Of a stretch of 64,000 nt of DNA, positions 47,742 through 57,365 are shown piece after piece. Numbering within the stretch: position 1 is the first letter of the stretch; the number at the start of each line of letters is the position of its first letter. Both the position numbers and the translations under genes were made by a program. This DNA is from Christensenellaceae bacterium (GTDB lineage Bacteria; Bacillota; Clostridia; Christensenellales; DTU072). The notes below the pieces were generated by a model, which searched no databases, was not told the DNA's origin, and was given only the letters and a program-made list of their open reading frames with translations. Location: assembly GCA_031259085.1 (NCBI GenBank), contig JAIRMA010000037.1, positions 1,455 through 65,454 on the forward strand, in the 5' to 3' direction.

Positions 47742-48125
47742 AGTGTCCTCCTAATAATCGGCAAAAGAAAAGAGAGCGTGCCATCCGTACTGCGGCGGAG
47801 GTATAATATAGACAAGATTCCAGTGTTTGGTCAAGGGCCGACGAACTTAATGGATGACATATAAAATTGAAGCAGTCAATTTTCGGAATTTTTATAAGGG
47901 TCTTAAGAAGAAAGGCAAACGTCTTAATGCAAAAAGAACAAATCATAAAAGGAAATAAGCACAAAAAAAGAGGCAAAAGCTCTGTAAATCGCGCAAAAAA
48001 GTCATAAATATGAATAATCAAGCTGAAAATCTAGCATTTCAGAATTAAAGTGTTAGATCTTCAGTAAAATTTTGAAAGAGGGAAAATTTTTGAAATTTTT
48101 AAAAAACTTTTGTCGGTATAATCAT

Positions 48126-49046
48126 TTATAGTAAATAGTCTAATATAACATCCTTGTAGACATCTTTTATTGCTATATAATGCTCATTTGACTGTGCCGC
48201 ATATTTTTCCGCCATAACTCCAGAATTAATCTCTAATATTTTTAATTCACCGTCAACCTCTATAATATCGACCGATGAAAACCTTATCTTTATGACTTTT
48301 ACCGCGTTAATTGCTAGTTGTTCTATTTTATTTTTAACCGCTAAATCAATATCAGAATTAGCATATGCACCTGAACAAAGATTATGTTTTAAAGTTAATA
48401 TTACATCTACTCCACTTTCTGGCACACAATTCAAATCAATTATATAATCATCACAGGTAATTTTTATATTTCTTTCCTTCATAAGTTCTATAATTTTACT
48501 TTTTCCATCTCCTGTAACAGTAGGTCTGACTTTTCTATAAATTATTCTTACTTTATCATCATAGACAATGCAACGATATTCTTCTGAAATATTATAAAAA
48601 GGTGATACAGCCATTGCCTCACACTTTTTAAATATATTATTTCGTGCCACATCTAATTCCTTAACTGTGTTGACAAAAAATACATCTCTCCCACCTGTCC
48701 CCTCGTTTGGTTTTAGTACCAGTTTATTATGCGTAATTAATAATCCATTAAGGCGTGTTTCATCATCATAATTTCCTGTGTAATGATGCCATTTAGGAGA
48801 TGTGAAATAATGATGCTCTACAGCATTTAATCCGCTTTTTGTGAGCAACTCGTATGTCGCTGATTTATCTTTGCAAATGCAATCCGCGACAGCATCGTTA
48901 ACAGGAAATTGATATCCAAAAATGAACATATCACGCTTCAATGTTAATTTCGCTATCCAATCAAACGCGAAGAATTCGTAGCTAATCCCATTCTCTTTGC
49001 AAATCTCCTTTATACATCTTATTAGAATTCTATCCTTATTTAACAT
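48126..49046 (-). CDS. Stand-alone ATP-grasp ligase-like protein
   Basis: 306 aa. The DKSATYELLTKSGLNAVEH..., ...LVLKPNEGTGGRDVF... and C-terminal ...LEINSGV layout is typical of RimK/cyanophycin-synthetase-type ATP-grasp folds. Subfamily not assignable. Confidence 0.6.
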   Translation of the reverse strand: MLNKDRILIRCIKEICKENGISYEFFAFDWIAKLTLKRDMFIFGYQFPVNDAVADCICKDKSATYELLTKSGLNAVEHHYFTSPKWHHYTGNYDDETRLNGLLITHNKLVLKPNEGTGGRDVFFVNTVKELDVARNNIFKKCEAMAVSPFYNISEEYRCIVYDDKVRIIYRKVRPTVTGDGKSKIIELMKERNIKITCDDYIIDLNCVPESGVDVILTLKHNLCSGAYANSDIDLAVKNKIEQLAINAVKVIKIRFSSVDIIEVDGELKILEINSGVMAEKYAAQSNEHYIAIKDVYKDVILDYLL

Positions 49047-49128
49047 ATTGTATCATCCCTTTTAACATCTTATACTTTATTAAAATTCTCTGTTTTATTG
49101 TCATTGTTTGAATATCTTTAGTTAATAC

Positions 49129-49162
49129 AAAACGCCGTTTTGATATAAACAAAACGACGTTT
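49129..49162 (-). terminator. Hairpin downstream of the ferredoxin relic
   Basis: AAACGCCGTTTT-GATATAAAC-AAAACGACGTTT (11/12 pairing). The minus-strand reading is followed by UUGUAUU. Confidence 0.5.
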
Positions 49163-49196
49163 ATGTTCATGCTTTTAATGCATCGCTCATTCCATA

Positions 49197-49368
49197 TTAG
49201 ACGCTGATTGCTTCGCTAGGGCATTCCCCAGCGCAAGTTCCACAATCAATACAATTATCTGCATTGATTGCGTATTTTGAATCAGCATTCTCTATAGCTT
49301 CAACAGGACATGCGTCGGCGCAAGCGCCACATGCTACGCATTTATCTGAATCTATAACATATGCCATA
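49197..49368 (-). pseudogene. Clostridial-type 2x[4Fe-4S] ferredoxin interrupted by a +1 nt frameshift (not in the ORF track)
   Basis: AGGAGA RBS, then ATG 49368. MAYVIDSDKCVACGAC is followed by GCTTGCCGCCGACGCATGTCC. Removing one C restores ...CADACPVEAIENADSKYAINADNCIDCGTCAGECPSEAISV*. The span is 172 nt, which is not a multiple of 3. As written the first frame stops after 22 codons. Confidence 0.75.
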
Positions 49369-49538
49369 ATACAATTCTCCTAATAAAATTTATCTTAAAT
49401 CTTGTGTGCTTCTGTTTAAGACATTATTTTATTTTAGCATAAATATGCTATTTAAGTCAAGTAATCATATTTATAGGCACAGTTTTGCAATCATAAGAGT
49501 TAATATAGTTAATTATCAACGCAACATGAATATAACAT

Positions 49539-50768
49539 TTACGCAACGTTTTCTATTGATTCCCTACTTAACAAATGCTGGTTTTCTAACAGTCTATTGT
49601 TTTCTGTGGGAACAGGGTCATCAACGATAAAAGCAAAATTACCATCAGAGTCAATACACAACGAAATATTGCCATGTCTATTTGTTCTATATGTAATAAT
49701 ACTGTAATTGAAGAGTCTATTCATTATGAATGGATCTGGATGTTTATATGAATTTGACTCCCCCACACTAATCACACCGTACTCTGGATCTAAAAACTCT
49801 AAGAATTCTTCGGTTGACGATGTAGAAGATCCATGATGACCAATCTTTAATATATCACAATCGAATGTGGTATTGCCTTTTTCTTTTTGGAGAGATATGA
49901 ACCACGCTTCCGTTTCTTCTGTTGCATCCCCAGTAAATATTACTCTTCTGTCTTTGTATTCTAATACACAAATGGGTGACATAGCATTATTTTCTGTCAA
50001 AACATTAAGACCAGGTGCATAGACGGTGAATTTATAACCACTAGTACTTATTATATCATAAGTGCGGCCATTTGGGTCAAAAGCAACTATCGTCGCATTT
50101 GGCTCTGCCTCAGCCATATCCTCTAGCGTGTCTTGTACGCTTTTTGATGCAGTCGAATCTTTGTCAAAAGCTGTATCTACATCATTAAAATAAATATTGT
50201 CAACTTGATATTTAGTAAGGATATCGTCTGCTAGATTAATGTGGTCGGAATCAGGATGGGTAGCTATAAAATAATTAATTGTTGTCACACCTAATCCAGA
50301 TATAAATGTTGTAAGCTTTTCAGCAGTAGCCTTGGATCCAGCTCCTGTACTACTGCCTGCATCTATTAAAATATTTTTGTTGATTTTCAAAAAGCGAATA
50401 AAAATTGAATCACCTTGTCCTACATCTAAAAAATGGACCTCTAGATCAGTGTTATTATAAGTAAATTCAAAAGGATCATTAAGCGTTGGTTGCGTTGTTA
50501 CTGTTTTTTGAGGTGTAGTTTGTTGTTCAGAGCCATTTGAACTAATATTCTTAATAGCAATTCCCATTTCCTCTCTAAATACTACTGTCATCAAAACAAC
50601 AGCTGCAATAATAAATAGTATTAATAATATCGTTAGAAAATTCTCTGGCCTCTTGGCTTTAGCACTAGCTCGTTTGCTCCGATCAGAGCCTTCTCTAGAG
50701 CGTGGCTGATAACTGCGCTTGTTTTCAGTTTTTTTATTTTTGCTATTATCATAATAATTTTTAGGCAT
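49539..50768 (-). CDS. Membrane-anchored metallo-beta-lactamase-fold protein of the ComEC C-terminal-domain type
   Basis: Basic N-terminus plus one TM helix, then HFLDVGQGDSIFI, ATHPDSDHI and KIGHHGS motifs. No ComEC channel domain. Confidence 0.75.
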   Translation of the reverse strand: MPKNYYDNSKNKKTENKRSYQPRSREGSDRSKRASAKAKRPENFLTILLILFIIAAVVLMTVVFREEMGIAIKNISSNGSEQQTTPQKTVTTQPTLNDPFEFTYNNTDLEVHFLDVGQGDSIFIRFLKINKNILIDAGSSTGAGSKATAEKLTTFISGLGVTTINYFIATHPDSDHINLADDILTKYQVDNIYFNDVDTAFDKDSTASKSVQDTLEDMAEAEPNATIVAFDPNGRTYDIISTSGYKFTVYAPGLNVLTENNAMSPICVLEYKDRRVIFTGDATEETEAWFISLQKEKGNTTFDCDILKIGHHGSSTSSTEEFLEFLDPEYGVISVGESNSYKHPDPFIMNRLFNYSIITYRTNRHGNISLCIDSDGNFAFIVDDPVPTENNRLLENQHLLSRESIENVA

Positions 50769-50945
50769 GATAAACTCCTTTTGTTCGACAGTATAAAAGT
50801 ATTCTTAGCAAATTAAGTCGACTTTTAATATAGTATAACATATTTTTCGATAATAGTGCATTAAATTTTCTAAATCTATTTAAAAAAATCTCGCAAAATG
50901 TTAAAATAGTTACAGCACTTAAAAATCATAAGTGAGGATTATTGA

Positions 50946-52595
50946 ATGAAGTTTAATTATCGGAAAACAATTAAAGTAGGATTAGCTTTTGCTATAATTA
51001 TGGTTTTTTGGACAATGTATGATTATGTTGTGCCACTCCTATTAGAAAATACATTTGGGTTAAGTAATTCATTGCGCGGTCTTATAATGGGTCTTGACAA
51101 CTTATTATCATTATTTATGCTACCTCTGTTTGGAAAAATTTCTGATAAAGCTGTAACTAAGTATGGGAAGCGGACACCATTTATACTTTTTGGCACAATT
51201 GCCGCAGTTGCCTTAATGATCTTCGTGCCTGTTTCTTCATTCACACAATTACAAAAAGCTACAGACCTAAGACAAGAAATACTCCATACTGATAAAGCTG
51301 ATTACGCATACACAGATTCTAACAATGTTGTTTTCAACGCAGAAGAGCTTTATTCTATGCTATATGATAAAGGGCTCGAAAATTCCGATTACTGTGATCA
51401 TCAATATTTGAAGACAAATAATATAAACTCAAAAGAATCTTATTTGTCTATTGCATTGTCTGGACGCTACGGCGATGAATTAACTGATGCGTATAAGAAA
51501 TTCGTACAATCAGGAATTGATAATTATGCTAGTGATGAAGTTAATGAAAAGATTACAAAACATAACCCCGCAACAATTGCAATTTATATGGTCCTATTAT
51601 TCTTTGTTTTAGTAGCTATGGCAACTTTCAGGAGCCCTGCAGTGGCTCTAATGCCAGATGTTACACCAAAACCACTGAGAAGCCAGGCAAATGCCATGAT
51701 TAATCTTGTAGGAGGCGCTGGCGGAGCAGTGGCATTTATAATCTACACCATAGTTCTAGGTTTTAACCCTACAAATTATGTGCTTGTTTTTATGTTAACC
51801 GCGCTAGCTATGATTTTAATGTTAATTGCATTCTTAAAGCTTGTAAAGGAAGCAAAACTAGTGGCTGAATGCGAACAAATTTGCAATGACTATGGGATAT
51901 CTGACGATGACCTCGATGAGGATACTCCAACAATTGATGTTGATACATCAGAAATAAGTGTGAAAAAAGCAAAATTTAGATCTTTCATTCTAATTCTTGC
52001 ATCTATATTCATGTGGTTCATGGGATATAATGCAGTAACAACTAATCTTTCTATTTATATGACAACATCACTGAATTTAGAGCCCTCCATGGGCGGTTTA
52101 GTAAATGGTATTTCAATGGGGATCTCTGCTATAGCCTTTATCCCAGTAGGATATCTAGCTGTAAAAATAGGTAGGCGTAAATCTATCATTATAGGTTTTT
52201 GTTTAGCAATTACATCATTCATCTTAATCTTCTTTTTTGCGGCTAACCCGAGTTCATATGTTGCGATACTTTTTACAATATTCTATCTGTTGTCTGGCTT
52301 CGGTTTAATCATCGCAAATGTCAACACATTCCCTATGGTGGTTGAGTTATCAGCAAAAAACACGATAGGTAAATATACAGGCTGGTATTACACTGCAACA
52401 ATGAGTGCACAAGCAATAACCCCATTCCTCGTAGGACTAGTTATGGATGCATTTGGAAATAAATTTTTGTTCCTTTATGCTCCTATATGCGTAGTTATTG
52501 CAATCGTATTCATGCTTTTAGTAAAACACGGAGATAGTAAGCCTATCCCCAAAGTTAAGAAAAATGCTACCACTGAACTAAATACTGCAACTTGA
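50946..52595 (+). CDS. MFS-type transporter with a ~120-aa hydrophilic insertion and a long central loop
   Basis: 549 aa, about 12 predicted helices, and a GKxSD...GKRxP motif after TM2 (FGKISDKAVTKYGKRTPF) typical of MFS/GPH carriers. Confidence 0.7.
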   Translation: MKFNYRKTIKVGLAFAIIMVFWTMYDYVVPLLLENTFGLSNSLRGLIMGLDNLLSLFMLPLFGKISDKAVTKYGKRTPFILFGTIAAVALMIFVPVSSFTQLQKATDLRQEILHTDKADYAYTDSNNVVFNAEELYSMLYDKGLENSDYCDHQYLKTNNINSKESYLSIALSGRYGDELTDAYKKFVQSGIDNYASDEVNEKITKHNPATIAIYMVLLFFVLVAMATFRSPAVALMPDVTPKPLRSQANAMINLVGGAGGAVAFIIYTIVLGFNPTNYVLVFMLTALAMILMLIAFLKLVKEAKLVAECEQICNDYGISDDDLDEDTPTIDVDTSEISVKKAKFRSFILILASIFMWFMGYNAVTTNLSIYMTTSLNLEPSMGGLVNGISMGISAIAFIPVGYLAVKIGRRKSIIIGFCLAITSFILIFFFAANPSSYVAILFTIFYLLSGFGLIIANVNTFPMVVELSAKNTIGKYTGWYYTATMSAQAITPFLVGLVMDAFGNKFLFLYAPICVVIAIVFMLLVKHGDSKPIPKVKKNATTELNTAT

Positions 52596-52691
52596 TATTT
52601 GCTAAAAACTTGCTTTCATCATACACGTTAAAAATGATTCTTGTTTTTATCCTGTTTTATTTTTAATGCTCATTAGTCATTTGTTGTTTTC

Positions 52692-53225
52692 CTAACGCAT
52701 TAAAGAAGACTGTGATGAAAATGGCATGTTTGGATCAAGGTATTTATTCTCATCCATGTTAAAAAATATTGTCGAGCTATCGTCTTTTGTGCATATTGTT
52801 AGTACATAATTATCTATGAAATCAAGTCTCTTACAATCATCAAAATTTCCGTTTTTTAAAACTTTGGGCAAAAATTCATCCGTGCATTTTGCTTTTGCTT
52901 CTGCGGCTGTCCAATATTTATAAAATTCTATTTCGTCTTTTATGATATTGCTAAAATATCGTTTTGACATCTGTACATAATTTAGCTGTTTCATAAACTG
53001 AACATCTATACCAACAGGTCTAAAAGCTACAATGCAAACAGTTATATTACGTGAATGAGATAAGCTGATATACGGAGGCGATTCTATTGTGGGTTTTCCA
53101 TTAACGCGTCTAATTATAGGAATATCTTTAGAATCAATATCACTGTTATTTTCTAAATACTCTTTGATTGTCCTGTGCATGAACAAATCGCTATCGGTTT
53201 TGTGTATAGAATATGCAATTAACAT
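52692..53225 (-). CDS. Sfp-type 4'-phosphopantetheinyl transferase
   Basis: NGKPTIE...ISLSHS...GIDVQ...YWTAAEAKAK is the PPTase motif set. Confidence 0.75.
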   Translation of the reverse strand: MLIAYSIHKTDSDLFMHRTIKEYLENNSDIDSKDIPIIRRVNGKPTIESPPYISLSHSRNITVCIVAFRPVGIDVQFMKQLNYVQMSKRYFSNIIKDEIEFYKYWTAAEAKAKCTDEFLPKVLKNGNFDDCKRLDFIDNYVLTICTKDDSSTIFFNMDENKYLDPNMPFSSQSSLMR

Positions 53226-53236
53226 AACGTTTAGTT

Positions 53237-54739
53237 TTAACGATCGGTTCTTCCATATAATCTATTAATGCGCAAAATATATGCCGTGTTAATTTCATCA
53301 AATGCTGCAAAAGTAGTTCTGAACTCCCAGTTTCCAGTTGGCGTGCCAGGTATATTAATCCGGGTGTCAGCACCATATCCGCACAAGTCTTGAAATGGTA
53401 TTATCGCCATGTTTGCTGCAGATGCAATGATATCTTTAACTGCGGTCTGTACTGCAGGCGACATGCCGCCACCTGCTCCCCACTCAGAATTTTCGGATTC
53501 GAGATATAATAAAACCTGCTCTCTTGTCGCTTGATCTAAATAATAGAGCCAACCTAATGTAGTATTATTGTCATGCGTTGCGGTATATGCCACAACATTT
53601 TTGTTGTAATTATATGGAAGATGCGGATTTTCCCTTTTTCCATCAAAGGCAAATTGGAAAACACGCATTCCAGGAAATCCCAAATCACTTAGATATTTTC
53701 TGACATCATCATCAATTATCCCTAAATCTTCTGCTACGATGTTGAGATTATCAATTTCACCTTTTATCGCATCCCAGATTTTATATTGTGGGCCAACTAC
53801 CCACTCTCCAGTTTTTGCGGAGTTAGACGCTTGTGGTATCGCCCAATATTTATATAACCCTCTAAAATGATCAATTCGAACCATATCGTATAATTTCAGA
53901 TTATGTTTAATTCGAGATGCCCACCACTTGAAATTATCTTTCTCCATTTTTTTGTAACTATATAATGGATTGCCCCATAATTGTCCATCTTCACTGAAAT
54001 AGTCAGGTGGAACTCCAGCAACTCTTTTGGGGTTCAAGTTAGCATCTAATTCAAACATTTTTGGGTTAGCCCAAACATCTGCACTCTGTAACGACACATA
54101 AATTGGCATATCCCCAAAAATAGTTACCCCTCTCTCTCGAGCCACTTTTTTTAAATTTTCCCATTGAATATAAAAGAGATATTGTTCAAACTTATAATAA
54201 TTAATTCTGTTCTCAAATTCAATATTCGCTTTTCTCATCGGATCAACTCTTCTAAACTTGTATCCATTATTCCACTTCAAAAAATTGTATCCTTTGATTT
54301 CAGATATTGCCATAAACAAAGCATAATCATCTAGCCAATATGTATTTTCTTTTGAAAATTCGGATATCTTTTCTTTATACTCCTCATCTAACCTAGAAAA
54401 GGCAAGGTTTAAAAGGTCGTATTTTTTGGTTCTTGCGAATTCATAGTCCACTTTGTACGGAGATCCATTATATTTAAATGAATTTTTTTCTTCATGTGAC
54501 AAAAATTTGTCTGGGATTGATTCTGGATCAATCAGTAGAAAGTTACCTGCAAAAGCGGAGGTTCCACTATATGGGGAGTTCCCCGCGCCTAAAATGGTAA
54601 TAGGCAGAATTTGCCATACTGAAAAACCCATTCCGACTATGAAATCAATGAACGAATAGGCACTTTGTCCAAAATCACCTATTCCATATTCACTCATTAA
54701 CGCTGTTATTGGGAGCAGTACACCTGATTTGCGTTGCAT
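53237..54739 (-). CDS. malQ: 4-alpha-glucanotransferase (amylomaltase, GH77)
   Basis: RKSGVLLPITALMSEYGIGDFG...WQILPI start, and DHFRG and GMRV motifs. Start placed at ATG 54739 (GAGGT 5 nt upstream). The track start is 54751. Confidence 0.9.
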   Translation of the reverse strand: MQRKSGVLLPITALMSEYGIGDFGQSAYSFIDFIVGMGFSVWQILPITILGAGNSPYSGTSAFAGNFLLIDPESIPDKFLSHEEKNSFKYNGSPYKVDYEFARTKKYDLLNLAFSRLDEEYKEKISEFSKENTYWLDDYALFMAISEIKGYNFLKWNNGYKFRRVDPMRKANIEFENRINYYKFEQYLFYIQWENLKKVARERGVTIFGDMPIYVSLQSADVWANPKMFELDANLNPKRVAGVPPDYFSEDGQLWGNPLYSYKKMEKDNFKWWASRIKHNLKLYDMVRIDHFRGLYKYWAIPQASNSAKTGEWVVGPQYKIWDAIKGEIDNLNIVAEDLGIIDDDVRKYLSDLGFPGMRVFQFAFDGKRENPHLPYNYNKNVVAYTATHDNNTTLGWLYYLDQATREQVLLYLESENSEWGAGGGMSPAVQTAVKDIIASAANMAIIPFQDLCGYGADTRINIPGTPTGNWEFRTTFAAFDEINTAYILRINRLYGRTDR

Positions 54740-54776
54740 ATTTAACCTCATTTTAATATTAAATGATACAAATTTT

Positions 54777-55304
54777 TTAAATGTTATATCCTAATTCAAA
54801 AGCTTTTATGTTTGCTGGGATGACTTTGGGTTTGTTTGCAAACTTTTTTTCGATCACCTGCAAAACTTTAACTTTATCAAACAAGCCACTATGTTTAATA
54901 TAAACACCTAGGATCACAATATTTGCTGTTTTGGCATTCCCTGCTTCAATTGCCATTGTTACAGCGTCAATATACAGAACTTTAACATCACTACGTTCCA
55001 CTTTATCAGGGATTAAAGATGAATTTACGATTATACATCCGCCTGGCTTTACCCGATCTTGGAATTTATATAAACTTGGCTTATTCATAGCTATTAGAAA
55101 ATCTGGGAAAGAGATTATAGGGCTTGCTACTTCTACATCAGACACAACAACACTACAGTTGCTCGTCCCACCTCTCATTTCAGGTCCATAACTAGGTAAC
55201 CATGTGACTTCTTTTTCTTCTTCTATAGCAGAATATGCTATGAACTGTCCTAAACTCAAAACACCTTGTCCACCAAATCCAGCTATGATTATTTTTTCTT
55301 CCAT
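54777..55304 (-). CDS. 2-oxoacid:ferredoxin oxidoreductase, gamma subunit
   Basis: 175 aa. IAGFGGQGVLSLG motif. Confidence 0.85.
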   Translation of the reverse strand: MEEKIIIAGFGGQGVLSLGQFIAYSAIEEEKEVTWLPSYGPEMRGGTSNCSVVVSDVEVASPIISFPDFLIAMNKPSLYKFQDRVKPGGCIIVNSSLIPDKVERSDVKVLYIDAVTMAIEAGNAKTANIVILGVYIKHSGLFDKVKVLQVIEKKFANKPKVIPANIKAFELGYNI

Positions 55305-55316
55305 AATTAACTCCTT

Positions 55317-56051
55317 TTATATATCTTTAAAGACACCAAGTGGAAAAACTTTAGTCATTTCTTTTTTAACAAAGGCACATGCATCTAATGGTTGCATTCC
55401 CCAGTTAGTTGGACACGTAGACAACATTTCTACGAGAGAAAATCCTTTCCCAGCTTTTTGGTTTTCAAAGGCCTTTCTTACGGATTTTTTTGCTTTTATC
55501 ACACCTGCCGCATCACCTAGTGATACTCTTTCAATATAGGACGGGCCATCTAGCACAGCTAACAATTCACAAACCCGTATTGGATTACCATTAACTATTG
55601 CACTGCGCCCCGCTTGTGACGTAGTAGATTTTTGACCTATTAATGTGGTAGGCGCCATTTGCCCGCCAGTCATCCCGTATATAGCATTATTAATGAATAT
55701 AACAGTTATGTTTTCACCTCGCGCAGCAGCGTGTACAATCTCCGCTGTTCCTATGCTTGCAAGATCACCATCACCTTGATAAGCAAAAACTATTTTATCA
55801 GGATTACAGCGTTTAGCTCCCGTGGCTGCTGCCGGGGCACGACCGTGAGCTACTTGTTGAATATCACAATTAAAATAGTTATATGCAAACACTGCACAGC
55901 CTACTGGAGCTATGCCTATTACATTCCCCTCCGCTCCAATTTCTTCTAAAACCTCTGCTACTAAACGATGAGCAATACCATGCGTACACCCTGGGCAATA
56001 ATGAAATGGCTTATCTGTTAACATTTTTGATTTTTTAAATACAATTGCCAT
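55317..56051 (-). CDS. 2-oxoacid:ferredoxin oxidoreductase, beta (TPP-binding) subunit
   Basis: YCPGCTHG and YQGDGDLASIG motifs. Confidence 0.9.
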   Translation of the reverse strand: MAIVFKKSKMLTDKPFHYCPGCTHGIAHRLVAEVLEEIGAEGNVIGIAPVGCAVFAYNYFNCDIQQVAHGRAPAAATGAKRCNPDKIVFAYQGDGDLASIGTAEIVHAAARGENITVIFINNAIYGMTGGQMAPTTLIGQKSTTSQAGRSAIVNGNPIRVCELLAVLDGPSYIERVSLGDAAGVIKAKKSVRKAFENQKAGKGFSLVEMLSTCPTNWGMQPLDACAFVKKEMTKVFPLGVFKDI

Positions 56052-57107
56052 TTATTTCCCCTCCTTAACAACTTTCACAATATCCTCAGGCAACATCACA
56101 TTGCCTCCTGTTCTTCCAAAAAAACGAACAGGTTTAACACCATTAACAGCAAGTCTCACATCTTCGACCATTTGACCCATACTAAGCTCAGTAGCTAGAA
56201 AACTCTTAACACATTTTTTATTTGCGATTTCACCTATAACCTTAGACGGGAACGGGAAAAGAGTAATTGGTCTCAAGAGCCCTGCTTTTACACCCTGCTC
56301 TCTTAATATATTGACAGCGCTCTTAGCAATCCTTGCAACGGTGCCATAAGCTACAATCACAATCTCAGCATCATCTATCATATATTTTTCAAAACTAACT
56401 TCTTGCATCTCAAGCATTTCGTATACTTTGAAAAGACGATGATTTACTTCTTCTAGTTGATCAGGTTCAATGTAAAGCGAGTTAATTATCCGTCTGTCCT
56501 TGCCTATGCCAGTACCATCAGTAGCCCACTGTTTTTTAGGGAATTTGGCAGGGTCTTTCATTGGAGGAATTTCAACTGCCTCCATGATCTGTCCTAACAT
56601 ACCATCACCTAACAACATAACAGGTAATCTATACTGATCAGCCTTATCAAAAGCATTATACATTATGTCTACTGCTTCTTGTACTGTAGCAGGCCCATAA
56701 ACTAGCATTTTATAATCACCATGACCTCCGCCCTTGACCGTCTGGAAATAATCAGACTGGGCAGGTTGTATTCCACCTAACCCAGGGCCACCTCTTACCA
56801 TATTTACTATTACGCATGGCAACTCTGCCCCACATATATAACTTATGCCTTCCTGCTTCAGACTGATACCAGGGCTCGAGCTCGACGTCATAGTTCTAGC
56901 TCCACTAGCAGAAGCTCCATACACCATATTGATTGCGGAGACTTCACTTTCAGCTTGAACAAAACAACCACCAACCTCTGGCAACCGCCAACTCATGTAT
57001 TCTGGAATTTCATTTTGTGGGGTGATTGGATATCCGAAAAAAGCTCTGCAGCCACCTCTGATTGCAGCCTCAGCAATAGCCTCATTCCCTTTCATTAGTT
57101 CTCTCAT
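56052..57107 (-). CDS. 2-oxoacid:ferredoxin oxidoreductase, alpha subunit
   Basis: MKGNEAIAEAAIRGGCRAFFGYPITPQNEI start. Directly abuts the beta subunit gene. Confidence 0.9.
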   Translation of the reverse strand: MRELMKGNEAIAEAAIRGGCRAFFGYPITPQNEIPEYMSWRLPEVGGCFVQAESEVSAINMVYGASASGARTMTSSSSPGISLKQEGISYICGAELPCVIVNMVRGGPGLGGIQPAQSDYFQTVKGGGHGDYKMLVYGPATVQEAVDIMYNAFDKADQYRLPVMLLGDGMLGQIMEAVEIPPMKDPAKFPKKQWATDGTGIGKDRRIINSLYIEPDQLEEVNHRLFKVYEMLEMQEVSFEKYMIDDAEIVIVAYGTVARIAKSAVNILREQGVKAGLLRPITLFPFPSKVIGEIANKKCVKSFLATELSMGQMVEDVRLAVNGVKPVRFFGRTGGNVMLPEDIVKVVKEGK

Positions 57108-57365
57108 ATAATTCTTCCTTTTATGTCTTTACTAATCATCTTAATAGATTTATCGCTTAATTTCATATTTATTCACTAACCTCATTTTTATGTTACCGTC
57201 TATGGCGTTCACTTTGTGTCTTCAAGTCACTCCACATGTTTGAGTATTGTTAATAATTCATTGTTCACTTAGTATTAATTTACTTAAAAATAAAATGAAA
57301 TTTATTTGTATCTCTTAGTCTTAGGTAAATTGTATCATTACATCTTTATTGATTTTTAATATGTA

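Larger units (their letters stand above)
45880..47870. other. Compositionally foreign (visibly G+C-richer) ~2-kb block carrying an ATPase-nuclease gene and an HNH relic
   Basis: Abrupt change from AT-rich intergenic sequence to G/C-rich sequence at about 45880 (CACCCCCCCTATCC...) and back at about 47870. A hand count of one 60-nt line inside (46081-46140) gives 29 G+C. The 10-mer TCGGTATAAT occurs at 45923-45932 and again at 48113-48122. Confidence 0.6.

Noticed and set aside
47048-48021. ORFs 47048-47605 (+), 47355-47864 (+) and 47731-48021 (-)
   Set aside because: The + strand ORFs are antisense to the ATPase and HNH genes in G+C-rich DNA, where long spurious frames are expected. The minus-strand ORF spans the composition boundary and has no RBS or family.
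45923-48122. TCGGTATAAT direct repeat as a target-site duplication of a mobile element
   Set aside because: I kept it only as a note. The 10-mer contains a -10-like TATAAT, a third near-copy (TCGGTATAA) lies at 45902, the right copy is 240 bp beyond the composition boundary, and no terminal inverted repeats or transposase are present.
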